A stretch of 50,931 nt of DNA from Bigelowiella natans CCMP2755 (GCA_000320545.1 ADNK01000145.1:1-50931), one strand, 5' to 3'. Numbered from the stretch's first letter, positions 13,038 to 26,387 are shown. Program-made: numbers and translations. Notes: generated by a model from the letters alone, not told the origin.

Positions 13038-14839
13038 ATGGTGTCCTTCTCGATTATCAGGGGTGAGTAATCCACGCGTAGAGAGATGCAGAGAGGTTGA
13101 GTCAAGCATCTTCACACGGGAACTGCTAATAGATTCTAACTACATGTTGTGTGTGTGTGTGTGTGTGTGTGCGTGCGTGTGTGTGTGTGTGCGTGTGACT
13201 GCTCAGGGAGCATCAGCTTGGCGCAAGCCTCAATCTGCTTTCTACAGCTCTCACATAAGAGGAATAATTCACCGACAAAGCGCAGTCTGCTTCTGTATGT
13301 ACGCACCCTTACATTTATTTCTATTTGTGGACATGTGGGAATGCATGCTGTCTCGCTGCGCAATCTCATTATTCTTATTTACAAAGCGGGTTGATGAACC
13401 TCTGTATAATGTACTCGGCGTACTCAATTGGCTACTGTACGCAATGGTTCCAATATCCGTGGCAGGCGCTTCTCGTGATGGCAGAGATAATTAACGTAAG
13501 TGAATCAACTAATCGTAATTTGGGCATAGTTACGACACGTTATCGTTCCTATGCATTCCTTGATCACCCTGTCACACCCCTTTTTGGAAACCACCATACT
13601 TTTTTGTGTTCAATGTACCGCTAAGACTGCTAGTTTTCTCCATGTGGAGACACGACAACGATAAGACACGACCATGATTAGACAGCATTTAGAGTCCCTA
13701 CTTTAGTTCTTGCTGAAGACTGATGTCGTCACATCTTGGCCTTCGTATACCAACAGGGAGGAACCCTTCTTTACGGGATGTCCATGGTTCACTTTCTCTA
13801 CATGGCGGACCGAATCAGTGATCGAAAACAATTCAGTTCATTCTTTCAGCTCCGCAAGTTGGATATCGTATACGTCATTGCCTTTGAAATCGCAACCATG
13901 GTTGCTGTTATCATGACCGACCGTCGCCGCTTTAGCGCTATTAGAATTTTCGCCCAGGCCGTCTTGTGTTTTTCCTATTCTGTCCAAGGGACCTATCATT
14001 CCTACCATTTGTACGTCTCGGTAAGAAAACTGCACGAGAGGATTTATGGTACCGAAGCAGTCGGTAACATTAACATGGGCCTCAATAACTTCTCGATAAT
14101 GAAAAAAAGAAAATTAAAATCTACTGTCATTGATAAGAATAGAGACGAGTCTAAGAATTCTTCTAAGAATTCCTCCGTCGGCCTTCGCACATTGAAATCT
14201 GTAACTCCCACTAGCGTTGATATCAAAGATATTAGACTCAAATCCATCTCAACTGAGACCGATTGTAAAGAAAAATGGAAGCTCTCATCTACTAAGGGTC
14301 TCAAAGAAGATAAAAATGCTCTTTCAACTGAGAACGATTCGAAAGAAAAATGGAAGCTCTCATCTACTAGGGCTGTAAGAGGAGATAAAAATGCTCTTTC
14401 AATGAAAAGTAGCACACAAGAACCATCAGCTTCAACAGCTTCAACAACATCACCGGGAGGAGGACGCAATAGGCAGAATCTAGCGATCAAGGTAAGGATG
14501 GAGAGGAATCGACAGCTATGCGAAGCAAGAGCGATGCGGTTGCGATTAGTGCATACTGGATGCTTGTTCCTTTTCTTCTGCCTCAGCATCATCTTCATGG
14601 TTTTCAATGGGATCTTGGTTGTCAAAGCGAAAACAAGTTTCTCGGAAGAAATAAGTGTCTGCAGTGCCAACTTTTCACAGCAGTTGTGGCTGTTCCTAAC
14701 GCCGGTGGTTTTCTTCTTTTTCCACTACTACGCCTGGTACAATCTCTCGCTAGATTTCAACGATCTCGGACTGAAATGGCTCCCCTGCTTCCGTACACAC
14801 AAAAGCGACAACGAGGTCGACACACTACTTGAGACTTGA
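13038..14839 (+). CDS. Seven-transmembrane, GPCR-like protein (4 exons) with a long loop between TM5 and TM6
   Basis: Spliced reading: MVSFSIIRG|SISLAQASICFLQLSHKRNNSPTKRSLL|LGLMNLCIMYSAYSIGYC..LLVMAEIIN|GGTLLYG.. The last exon starts at 13757 and runs through ORF 13736-14839. Seven hydrophobic segments are visible by eye; TM7 ends FFFHYYAWY. Confidence 0.7.
14249..14398 (+). repeat. 75-bp (25-aa) in-frame tandem duplication in the 7TM loop
   Basis: STETDCKEKWKLSSTKGLKEDKNAL / STENDSKEKWKLSSTRAVRGDKNAL; units are 14249-14323 and 14324-14398. Confidence 0.9.
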
Positions 14840-15769
14840 GCATGATTGGCAATGGGTTGAGCAGTAATTTGAACAAATGATGAAGTTGTAGGATGTATGT
14901 TGCAGACGTGCAGGGGCGGCATGTCCGTGAGCACGACAGAAAATAGCTTTAATATACAAAATTATAATTTGGTCTACAAGTCTTTGCTGGCTGTACAGCC
15001 ATGACTACGTGCGAGCCAAAGTGTGATGATTGCTACATGCATCTACATGTTAGATACCATTACTTTGAGCATCTTTCGGCGCTAGAAACTTGTGGAGCCA
15101 ATGGCGCACGCTTCATGTATATTGCTGGCTGCTTAAAAATTCTAACATAGCTACATAGCTGCTGTTCAATATGACTGCTGGGCAGCGCAATGCGATGCTA
15201 GCTTGTTGGTAAGTACTGATTGTGCATCGTGTCATTTATTGTGAGTAATAGCTGCGGCTCAAAAGCTCGCAATAGTTATCTCAGAAAATAGTTCAGCATG
15301 GATGTACTAACAGCTTACGTGTCGGGTATGTCCAGCAAATAATGTGTCGTGCGTGAACGCCTGTCACAGCAGCTAGCCATCATCGAGATCATTCATGCAT
15401 GTACACGTACATATGCGTGTATACATGTAGCATATATACGATCATTCTACATGGCACATATTAGCACCACAACGCTACGCATACGCGCACGTACGGCAGC
15501 AATCAGCCAGGCCCTACTGCAGTCTGTGCAAATGCACAATTATTGAAGTTTGCATTGTACGCGTGATCAACCAGGCTCATTGAGATGCCGGGCACTTTTA
15601 GAATGATATTCTATACTATTGGCATTAGTATTAGCTTACTTGTGCTTTACGTTCATGTACCGCATGAGCAATTTTATCAAGCAGGCATGCAAGTTGCATC
15701 ATGTTGCACATAGAATGTTAATTTATCGCATCTGTCAGGATAGATGTGGTACATGCTGCAAGCTACAAA

Positions 15770-17580
15770 CTAAGAAGCAGCAGTACAAACAACCTGCTTC
15801 AGAGCGGCCTTTGCCTTTTGTAGCCCCTCGATGCTAAGCCACTTTGGCCAGTCCTCCACCACTTCCAACAATACTTTTTGGAGTTGTGTGAGTGCATGGT
15901 TAACAGCCTTCATTCTGGCTTCATTCTCATTCGCCTCGGAGAAAAAGATACTCCCGTCGATACTGCTGGTAGCTGCGATCTCAAATCTATGTTTCTTTCC
16001 ATCATCTTCCTGACCTTCCTTCCTCTTCTTTCTCTTCCCTTCATCGTCTTTCTTCTCATGTTCCTTTGCGTCCAGTCGGGCTCCTGCTGTTGCAATGGTG
16101 GCAGCATTGGGTAGTTCTGGAGACGTAGCAGTGATAGCATTGGTGGAGATTGAGGCCCCTCTTTCAGTCATCGTGGTTTTCTGTTGGCCTGTCGTCGCCA
16201 GCGCCTCCTCTGTACGCTGATGCTCCTTGATCTTCCTCTCTACGGCGAAGCATAGCAGCGCTAAGAAACCCTCACAGTCTATGCCGGTGTTAGCCTTCAT
16301 CAAACGTTGAACAGCCTCCGGTTCAGGGCCTTCTAGACGAGTGGTAGAGCGAGAGGAGGACGACAATGAGGAGGCTGTACTTGTAGTGCTTTTTTGGCTT
16401 TGTGGCTGGAGAAGCGATTGGAAGGAATCAAATGTAAACCCTGCAAGGGTACTGTGAGCGGCCTGAAGCTCATCCTTGATGTGCTGCCAAACGTGCTTGA
16501 GGCACCATCCATTGAACCAGTTGTGATTGATTGATATGGCATCCGTAAGGTTGTAAACCTGATGGTACCAACCAGAAGGCACGTAGATCGTTGTCCCTGG
16601 TCTTTGAATGCAAACATGGCATTCGTTTATTGCCTCTTCAAGTCTGGGGAAGCGATCGAGATCTTGCCGATGATGATGGTCGGAGTCCTCAGCTCCCCCC
16701 CCCCCTCTCTCCTTTGTTCTTTTTCCTTTTGCTAAAATTTCCCTGTACGCAGCAGCTACATCGTACACACACTCGCCATTCTCGTCCACCAGGTATTTCG
16801 TGACAGAAGGAGGGAACATGATCCATAGCTTAAACCCAAGGATGTTAGAGGACCAGCTGTACGATGCAAACACATCTCGATGTAATGGCGTCCATGTGCC
16901 TTTGGGACCCATGTACACAAATCGAAAGTCGTCACTCCCATGTTTACTTGCATACAAATTCATCCAATCATCGGCAAAATGGGCTGGTACCCGGTAGGCT
17001 TCGTAGCTTGGATATTCCCTTGGCATGTGCCAATCTTTCACATAAATGTTTTTGACCTCGGCAGATCCCGTACTCCACGCATTTAGAAAGTCTTTGAGTT
17101 CCATATCGCTTCGCTTTTGGTCTGAGAAACGCTTTTCAGAGCAATGTGCTATGCACACCTTCGCATCACCAAAGAGACGGGAGAGAGCATCGAAGTTTGG
17201 CCTGAACACCATGAGAATAGTCGTGACCCATAAGACAGTGTATAGAATAGTGTAAGCTTCTCCCATGTAATAGCAATCAATCATAATACTGTTGGCAACC
17301 TTTCATCGTATTCGCAGTTTGCTGAATTCGAAGTACTGCTGCTTCTCTGGACCCAGTCTTTCCTTGCACGCCATTCCGAGGTAAGGTCCTCTCCGATGAC
17401 ACTAGGTTTATTTAGAGCCATGAAATCCAACATAAACTTGCAGGATGGCAGGTTTTCAGCTCTTACGGAGCGGAGAATCCGCCCTTCGTCCCTGGCGATC
17501 CGGGCTATGCGCTCGTAGTCGGGGGGTATCGTCGGCCCCCGAAGAGAGTGAATTTGTGGGGGCTGAGCTGTCCTACGCAT
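15770..17580 (-). CDS. JMJD4: JmjC-domain 2-oxoglutarate/Fe(II) oxygenase JMJD4 (eRF1 lysyl hydroxylase family); 2 exons
   Basis: Motifs YVKDWH, DFRFVYMGPKGTWTPLHRDVFASYSWSSNI (HxD), VPSGWYHQVYN and SINHNWFN. A 98-bp GT-AG intron at 17202-17299 joins the two listed ORFs in frame (DE-R|PNFDAL). Confidence 0.9.
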
Positions 17581-18063
17581 CAAGGCCAAGAACAAGCTCC
17601 ACCCTCCGCAAGGACGAATAACAGTGTTGTCGAGGGTCGCTCGCTTCCAAGATGAGTGCTACCGATCTGCCATTGTAGTTGTTTATCATTCGTGGATGCT
17701 CCGGTGCTCGGTTCTGTGCCAGCCAGCGACACGTAACGATGCATCAGATAGACAGACAGATCATGACGCAGTGCCGAATTTGCCTTCGAATGCAACACAA
17801 CCTGGCAAACGCGATACAAACGAATGGGGATTTTATCGTGCGACAACAGCAGAGTTCGCAACGAAGGATCGGATTCCACGGCGTTGCTATTTGGCAGCTG
17901 GGTTCTCCCAGTCGGAACCTGAAAGCGTACTCGGAACGTGCTGTCCGACCCCCCGACCGACAGAGATACGAGGCACGGGCGGATTTTACTGAAGGGGCAG
18001 GAGCACCAGTAGGATCAGCAGCAGCAGCAGCAGCTTTGGCTTTGTTGGGGAGGGGTAGAGAAA

Positions 18064-19414
18064 ATGGTAGATAAGAAGCCCTCCGAGATAAACATGGCTC
18101 TGCGCTTCCTCACCCTCCCAATTACGGCTCGGTTTGATCATTCAAAAGACGTGAGGAGGGACGGGCGAAGTGACACCAAGGAATCTGAAACGTCAAGGAA
18201 AAGTACTTCGGTTTCTTCCAATGTCCCGGTGGATAAGCGCGGCCAGCAAATGGTACAGAGGACCAAATCGGCAAACTTCCTCCTGGCTATTTATGTCATC
18301 GATCTCCTCAGCTGGGTGATGACACTCAATTCAACCCATTCCGACGGACTAAGTAGCATTTGCGAGGAATTGATTATATTGATGGGTGAATATTATTATT
18401 ATAGGGAGTAGGGAGAACCATGGCATACGAAATACTCTTACTAGGTGAAGCTCTTGGGATCAGTATCATCCGGTTTGTTATGCATCACTTGCTCAGAGAG
18501 AGCTGCTATATCTTAAAATAATACAGCCCAAAACACCCGTCTTGATAATATTTTTTTACTTTAGGATGTCAGTGATCATCACTACAATAGAGGTGGGGTG
18601 ACTAATCTTTTGGTCCACCTCCAATTCTAACGTTGCCTGGTTTATCTAGAATGATCAATCTCTCTACCCCTCCTCCCCCCACTCCTTATCGTTGTGGTTT
18701 TAGGTTTTAGTTGAGTTTATGGCGAGTAGTCTAACAACACGTGTCTACGCAATTGCTGAGCAAACTGAGGTGCTGACCACACGAAAGCTAGCAACGGTAA
18801 GTGGCGATACGATAGTAGCATCACAATCATTCGTGCCTGTCCTCGTACCGCTGTCATCATCGCGTTCATTATTATTATGTGAAATGTTGATTGATATTCT
18901 CTTTGTGTGTAGTTTGCACTTGGCACGTACCTGGCATCTAATGCGATTGGCTTGTTGGTCTATCCGATCCTTGGAGCCGTAATCCACATAGCAGGGTCCT
19001 TCTCTCTCTCTCTCTCTCTCTGTGTCACACGTGCGTGCGCGCGCGCGCGCGCGTGTGTGTGTGTGTCTATGTGTGTGTGATATGGATATGGATAAATACA
19101 CTTAACAATCTCACATATTATAGAGATACGAATATTCCTTCGGATCATCCTCATTGTCATTCATGAAAGGTATACGAGCTACGCGACGCTTATAACCCTG
19201 ACACTCGTCTGGATATTTCAATACCCTTCAGTGAATCAGGTTGTTTACCTGCAATATCACCATGATGCTCTTTAGTTGCCAATGTGTTTGAGTGGTATCA
19301 TTTAAAGTTATTTATAGTAAATATCTATGTAAGTGTACGTCAGTATCTGTAATTCTGTAAGATTACAGCAAGAGCATCATCATCATCATCATCATCATCA
19401 CCATCTTATTATTA

Positions 19415-19451
<37 letters not shown>

Positions 19452-19582
19452 CATTATGTGTATCCGTGACCCACAGATGGGCGATCAGGCAGTCGAAATG
19501 GCGCTTCCACACTGGATGCCGGTAGGAAGTAGTTAGCGGTAGACTTGTAAGGAAAGAGCAAGAAATAGAGTTGGATGTGTGC

Positions 19583-19642
<60 letters not shown>

Positions 19643-22300
19643 TATTATTTCAAATGTCGCGGTTGTCATCATCAAATTTATACGGTCTAGGTGTGGATTA
19701 CTGTACCTATTATTCCCACATCTCCTAACTGCTTCATTCGTCGTCCCCACAGACATTCAAAGGCTCACTCGTATCGTACCCAGGATTCCCAATCTGCTGT
19801 TCCAGCAAGGGTGATGATGATGATGAGGAGGGCGAGCACTCTCGTTGGAGGGGCAATCTGAATACTATCATTTCCACGGACTCGCTTTCACTCATGCTCA
19901 ATCTCATGAGGTTAACTATTAAGTAAGAATGCGTTATGATTAGAACAACCGCGGAAGTAGGAGCGATAATAGTTGAAATGTAGTAGAAGAAGAAGAAGCG
20001 CAATAATCTCTCCCCCCCTCCTGATACTTTTGCTGAAACTATCATCTAACTGACAAAACAGATTCACATTGGCGATCGTGCTTTCTATTTTCTACCTAGG
20101 AGTCCGGTAAACTTCCATTTACAATCTACCTACCTCACACTCATATACTCTGCCCCCCCCCAGCTCCACCCTCCCACCTCCCACACACATGCATACGTGT
20201 ACGGTATCATCAATTTCAGGGACAACACCACCCTACGATGGACGATGATCCTGGCCCTCTGCGCCCTTAATGTTGCGACCGGCTGGAGCCTCTTCAAGGT
20301 GATAGCGAGTAGTGCTAGTGTGCGTGTGTGCGTGAGTGCGTGAGTGTGTGTGTAATCTCAGAGACCGCTTCTAATATATGACCTGATCCACTTCCACTAT
20401 TACGAAATATTTATGAATAGGAGCGTGATGAGCTGGCTAGTGGGATACCAGAGAGTCAGGTATTCACAACTAAATAGCACAAATTATTGGTGCTAGTCTG
20501 TAGTAGTTAGTAGTAGTAATAGCGACAGCAGTGATGAACTTAATGACATAACGCGTGAAGCATCAGCCATCATTATAGCCGTACAATCTGACATAGAAGA
20601 AGTTTGAAAACTTAATACCTTCGTTGTTTGCCAATGATGATGATGATGGTGATGATGACGACGACGATGACAATGAAAGTAAAGAGGGGAAGTAGGAGCG
20701 TAAGATATAATCGTATCGTCTCATTGTATGTTGTTTCCTCTCTGAATACTACTACTACTACTACTACCCACTACTTCCACGAATAATGGTTGCGATTGAT
20801 TTGGCCAAATTTGGAACTATTTATAAAACAATATTACAAATAATAATGATCGCAAATCCATCACCACTCCGTATGCTTCTTCGTTCAACCTAGCTCATTG
20901 CCGATGATAATGCGAACGCCATTTCTCTTGAGAGCACATTTCCCTTAATCCGTGGGGCCGGTGCTGCTGATCCTCCTCAGGTTCAAGAGGACGAGAAAGA
21001 AGAAGAAGAGGGAAGAAGAGGCAGAAGGGGAGGGGGGGCAGAGAAGGAACAAGAAGAGGTGAGTAGGGCTAACAGCAAAAGTCGAGGAGGTTCTCGCTCT
21101 ATGGGAGATCGTGAGGAGAACGATGACGACGATATTGAAGGAAGAGGAGGAGGAGGAGGAGGAGTACACATATCAGGAAAAAAGGAGAAGAAGAAGAAGA
21201 GCATTAACATTGCGCCGTCATCGTCGTCGTCGTCTTCAAGGCCAATATCTCCAGGTCCATCCGGTGGGGTTCGTGCTGCTGCTGCTGCTGCTGGTGGTGC
21301 TGCAAATACCTCATCGAGTAGAAACTCTGATGATAGCGGGGGCTTTGGTCGGGCGAAATGGCCGTGTGCTCTCGCACCGTGGGAGAATTCGCTCATCTGG
21401 TTTGCGGTATTATACCAGTGATATAATAAGAAACGATGATGGCCCCATTCTTTGTCAGAAGTGTTATCATTTCACTTTTCAGTATCTAATTTATGATGGT
21501 GGTAAATATGATGGGATGATGATAGTTTCATTCTTAACCCGCTCCTGGTTTCGTTTTCCATGATTTTATTATATATGTGATCGAAGGTTCTCGTCTTTGG
21601 AGTTCCTGAGCAGGTAATAGAAAATTCACAACTGGGAGAGGGGGAGGGGGAGGGTAAGAGTGAGGGGCATGTCCCACGCATCATACTCTAAATTTATGTC
21701 AATGCCCTCTCTCTCTCTCTCTCTCTCTCTTTGTGTTTGTGTGTGTGTGTGTGTGTATGTGTCATATAAAGGCATTTAATGCGCTACTGGCTCTTGTAAC
21801 ACTGCGGATATCTACCGTCATCTTCGCAAGCGTAATTTATCTCACATAGTTAAACTAACCGATCCCATCTTGTTATCATCATCGAAATACACCGAGAACA
21901 ATTACAACTATGGTACTTGTGACGTTTCATAGTCCATTTGTGGAGGTAATTGGTCATCTGACTGTCTTCATATGTGTTTTCTGCTATCACCTTAGATTGT
22001 TGTCATCGCCGCCATCATGGTTTTATCGTACTTCATTTTGAGAATAAGGAGAGAGGCGCAGAGGTTAGGAGGGCAAGAGGTGTCGGAGGGGAGAAATGAA
22101 AGCAATGAAAACAATACGTCCTGGAGAAACAAGAATAGCGAGGATGTGGTTAATACCGTTGTGTTTGGAATCAAGGTGTGTGTCCATTCATACGTGACCA
22201 TCGCACGATCGTAGCCTCACCAGCAGCAAATAGCTCCGTGTTACATAAATCTTAATTTGGGGTGCCGTATTCCGCACTCTCAATCTCAATATCTATTCTC

Positions 22301-22343
<43 letters not shown>

Positions 22344-23661
22344 CTAAATTTGAAAGTTGTAAATTCATAGTATTCGGTTGTGTATACAATGTAGTGAGTA
22401 TCTTAAATGTGTACAGATAAATGAGTTCAGCGTTTGGGTGTGGATTGTTTGGGGGTCGGCAATTCTCCTCGGAAGCTCCGCCATCGCACTAGTGTACGTC
22501 CAATTGTGTGTATTTTCCATTTTCGTATATGCAGTAGCTAACTCTGCCGTTATGATGATTGGTGATTGTGGTATGCAAACTAGGTGGGGAGGGTCCGCTG
22601 TCGTATACATTGCAGTACCGCTACTACTACCATTCACCCTCCTGCTCCAGGTCATCATTATCATCGCTTAAATACACATCTGACCGCACAAGGCCATATT
22701 GTGTTGGATGGATGGATTTATTGGTGAGAACGTATCTGAATTGTAATCGTAAGCTCTCGCCCTCCTCTTCCTCCTCTTCCTCCTTTTCCTCCTTTTCCTC
22801 CTTAGGTTTTAGGGGTACGATTCGACGGCTACATGTTCATGCATCCTGAAAACACGAGCTCTGATATACAATATTGGCGGAATGTCTTCTCGGTAGCAAG
22901 CAACGTTATTCGAATATTTCCTTAAAATGGACAAACTGATCCCAAATAATCATCATGATCACCACAAAGCTTCAGAATCGTCATCATCATCATCATCATC
23001 ATCATCTCATCTTATTGCCCTTTCGATTTCTTCACCCAGGTGGGTGTGAATGGACCGGTTCTTGTGGTGAATTGGTTTGCGATTTCCCTGGTAGTGTATT
23101 TTCGGTTTTAGGCTGAAGTAGTAAGGGAGAGAGAATGAAGAAGAACGTAGTGCCCCTCCACCCTCATAAAAACCACGCAAGCCCACACACAAGAGACGGA
23201 GGGGAAGGACCAAACAGAAAACTACCGTAGAGCTGTGAGCTACCATCACTTTGGACTGACAATATTCAGATATCGGGGGAAGAAGGCCAGCTCGCAATTG
23301 TAATAAGCGTGACCGTCATCGTGTACATTTGCATGGCCATCTACTACGGTGATACTAACAATATCATATAACCGCTTTATTAGTTTTTAGCCTCAATCTC
23401 CCTTTCCTTTTCTGGCTGTTTCATTCAGGTGGCGTGGATGCATTGATGCCTGCAAATAGGAGTTTAACGCATAACATACCGCTTGTCCGGGAGGTATTAA
23501 TATGATGCATTGTTTTTTCACTTCTGTTTGAAGTGAGGCGATGACATGTAAGTGTGACATCCTTTCTGTTTTCCACTGCATAGAGATACAAAGAACGGCG
23601 AAAACAGATGAAAAAGCGCGGACGTAGAGAACATAGAGAAGCCAGAAAGATTTTGGAATAA
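18064..23661 (+). CDS. Multi-exon (more than 20) polytopic membrane protein, MFS-like transporter; start uncertain
   Basis: Many hydrophobic GT-AG exons fall in two blocks separated by a hydrophilic stretch: FLLAIYVIDLLSW, FALGTYLASNAIGLLVYPILGA, FTLAIVLSIFYLGVR, WTMILALCALNVATGWSLFK, AFNALLALVTLRISTVIFAS, IVVIAAIMVLSYFILR, VWVWIVWGSAILLGSSAIAL, GPVLVVNWFAISL, LAIVISVTVIVYICMAIYY. The last exon is RYKERRKQ..KILE* (TAA 23659-23661). Confidence 0.6.
19031..19078. repeat. Alternating purine-pyrimidine tract (GC)n/(GT)n in an intron, a potential Z-DNA former
   Basis: gtgcgtgcgcgcgcgcgcgcgcgtgtgtgtgtgtgt. Confidence 0.8.
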
Positions 23662-24471
23662 GTGCAGAATAATCCGCGTGCCAAGTCGCAAGCACGGCTA
23701 TAATCAATTAAAAATATTATCAAGCACTAATGCTAATAATAGCATGCTAGCATGCTACAACAAACGTCCACCTGGCTAAGATCGCGGCATCAGAACAACT
23801 GGCATGTCTGGATGTTTGACTAGGTTTGACATGCTGTCTAGCTAGCTAGACTACGTGAGCGCCTGTAAGTGTGTGTATTGATGTGTGCAATATGTGACCG
23901 TTTAGCTGTACGTACATGCGTGCGATGTGCACTGTACGATTCGTCATGCATACCGTGCGCTAGTCATGGATGTGATGCAAGACTTATCTCTCACGTATCA
24001 GCCGCTGTGTTGCATGCCGCATGTGGCATCTTTACGATGTACGCATGTCTAGGATGCATATGCATGAATGCCTGATGCTAGTGCGTCTAGTGCTAGAGCG
24101 TGCCTGCACCCACGCACACGCTAGCATGCGCCTATTGATATCCTGATGGGCGAAGCGCTAGTCTAGCTACTAGTAGTGTACATATAGCATATTTGTTCAG
24201 AGATTAGCGTCTTGCTAGATGCATGTATGTCTAGATGTACAAACATATCTAGATATATCAGCATGTATCAAGTAAGCTATATATATTAAATTACCTCATA
24301 CATGTGAAATTTCATGAGCTCTTATCGACCGTAATGTTCAAGTAACACTTACAGTTCGTAGCACGTATCTAGTATGATGCTCCATTATCAATCTAGTCAA
24401 TAACTATCTGCTTATATATTTAAACTCGAACAAACTCAAGAACATACATGTCTCTTTGAGTGATGTTCCGC

Positions 24472-25668
24472 TTACTGCTTCGCAGGATCATAACGATCAT
24501 TCTCCAAAACAAACTCTTTTCTTAAATCGGCTATCGATTTCAAATGTTTTTCAAAGCTGAAATCAAAAGAAACCTGACAAGACGATTCTCTATGTTTCTT
24601 CCTGACATCGGCGAAGAAGGGATGCTCGATTGCGTCCTCTACACTTATCCGCTTGAGAGGGTTGAACTCAAGCATCTTTATCATCAGATCCAATGCATCC
24701 TTGTCTATGTGAGCGTATATACGAGGTAGCTTATTTTCAGGTTCTTTCAGATCTTTACCGAAATCTTGGACGAATTTCTTTGCATGCTTGTTCGTTATAA
24801 AGATAAGATCCTCTTTGCTTTGGGCGCCGAGAACCTTGAGATACTCTGCCACCTGATCTCGGGAATCAGCACCCCGAAATACAGGCTTACGACCATGAAG
24901 CTCTGCAAGAATGCATCCTGCACTCCAAATGTCAATCTTTTCATCATAGGAGTCGCAAACCATTATCTCAGGGGCGCGATACCAGCGCGTTACGACGTAG
25001 TCTGTGACTTCAATGTTCGCATCCACACCTCGAGACAATCCGAAGTCACAAATTTTGAGCTCCGAGTTTGCATTAAGTAGGAGATTTGCTGGTTTAAGGT
25101 CACGATGCCAAACTTTAGCACTGTGCAAATATTTGAGACCGCACAAGAGTTGGTACATAATGAACTGCATGTGTATCTTTTCAAGAACATTCCTCGATTG
25201 GATGATTTTTCGGAGATCGGATTGCATTAGCTCGAAGACTATATAAACGACATTGAAGTCTTCCTTGGGCTCGATGAAAAAATCCATGAGGTTGACAATA
25301 TTTGCGTGCTTGACATGACGCAGAATCTTAATTTCGCGGAGTATCCTCTTTGCATCCGTCTCGTCGTCCAAAAGACGGTCCACACGTTTAATGGCAACCA
25401 TCTTACCAGTAAGCTTGTCATGGGCGGCTGCAACATTTCCATAAGCACCATTTCCAAGCACATTCTTAAGAGTGTAGCGATCGTCCAGATGATAGGTCGT
25501 CCCTTCAAGCTGAACCTCGACAAAATGTCGACGTGTTCTTTGAGCAATTTTCTTGTTCATATCTACAGTTTCACTCGGGACATCCATCTTTGACTCTTTT
25601 CTCTCTTTCTTGGCCTTTCTCCCTTTGCGCTTTCTGTCCCTCTTCTTCTTACTAAACTTGGACCCCAT
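24472..25668 (-). CDS. Mitogen-activated protein kinase (CMGC, TDY activation motif), intronless
   Basis: Motifs GNGAYGNV, VAIK, HRDLKPANLL, DFGLSRG..VTDYVVTRWYRAPE and DIWSAGCILAE in a single 398-aa ORF. Confidence 0.95.
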   Translation of the reverse strand: MGSKFSKKKRDRKRKGRKAKKERKESKMDVPSETVDMNKKIAQRTRRHFVEVQLEGTTYHLDDRYTLKNVLGNGAYGNVAAAHDKLTGKMVAIKRVDRLLDDETDAKRILREIKILRHVKHANIVNLMDFFIEPKEDFNVVYIVFELMQSDLRKIIQSRNVLEKIHMQFIMYQLLCGLKYLHSAKVWHRDLKPANLLLNANSELKICDFGLSRGVDANIEVTDYVVTRWYRAPEIMVCDSYDEKIDIWSAGCILAELHGRKPVFRGADSRDQVAEYLKVLGAQSKEDLIFITNKHAKKFVQDFGKDLKEPENKLPRIYAHIDKDALDLMIKMLEFNPLKRISVEDAIEHPFFADVRKKHRESSCQVSFDFSFEKHLKSIADLRKEFVLENDRYDPAKQ

Positions 25669-26387
25669 TGTGACAGGTATGCTCTCTTTTGATAAGTAGA
25701 CGAGTTCGCTAAGCCGGAAGTTATCATTTCATCCTATGAATATTTATGAAATGAAACACATATCACATTAGCGACATCAACGTACCTTGAAAATTATTGA
25801 AATAATAATCGCTCCACCCCTTAGCGCGCACTGTACTAGGATAGGTGTTTTCCAGATTGATCCGTGGATGTTCGAATTTGCAATTTGCATCCATTTCATC
25901 CTCGATTTGAGGGATGCGACTTGACCAAATCACTCAATATTCCTCGGTGCTCGTACGAGCATGTCAAGCTATCATCAATCTTGCGTTTTCGGTTTCAAAT
26001 TCCAAAAATCGTTCGGAGATCGGACTCTGAATGTGAGAGACAAGCATTGTTGGCTTTTTCTACCATCATTTAGCCGCATTTTTCGAAATATTGACAATCT
26101 CCGCTACCCTTCGATCCTTCGATCAATCCCAGACGCAAACTTAGGTTCTTCTGGAAATTGCATTGTCGGTGATCAGGATCATCATTGGATTTCCTGGAAT
26201 TTTGAAACTTGAAAAAGAGTGGGGAAACACTATAACGACATACATTCCAGGCTGTATTTATTTTGAGAGACAGCAGACCAACCGAGAACATGGACACAGA
26301 TTTGATTCATCAGTTCTGAAGGCAACGAAAGATTGACTTTATCTCCTGACGAGACGAATACTTATCACTTTAGCCCACTAAGCGATA

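Noticed and set aside
14044-14670. 208-aa antisense ORF
   Set aside because: It is the shadow of the 7TM loop and its repeat, with no independent features.
17202-17299. Apparent frameshift or stop between the two JMJD4 ORFs (recoding or pseudogene)
   Set aside because: A 98-bp canonical GT-AG intron joins them in frame.
19691-19775. 12-nt and 23-nt micro-exons in the transporter gene
   Set aside because: Alternative longer exon readings are equally possible; this cannot be resolved without transcripts.
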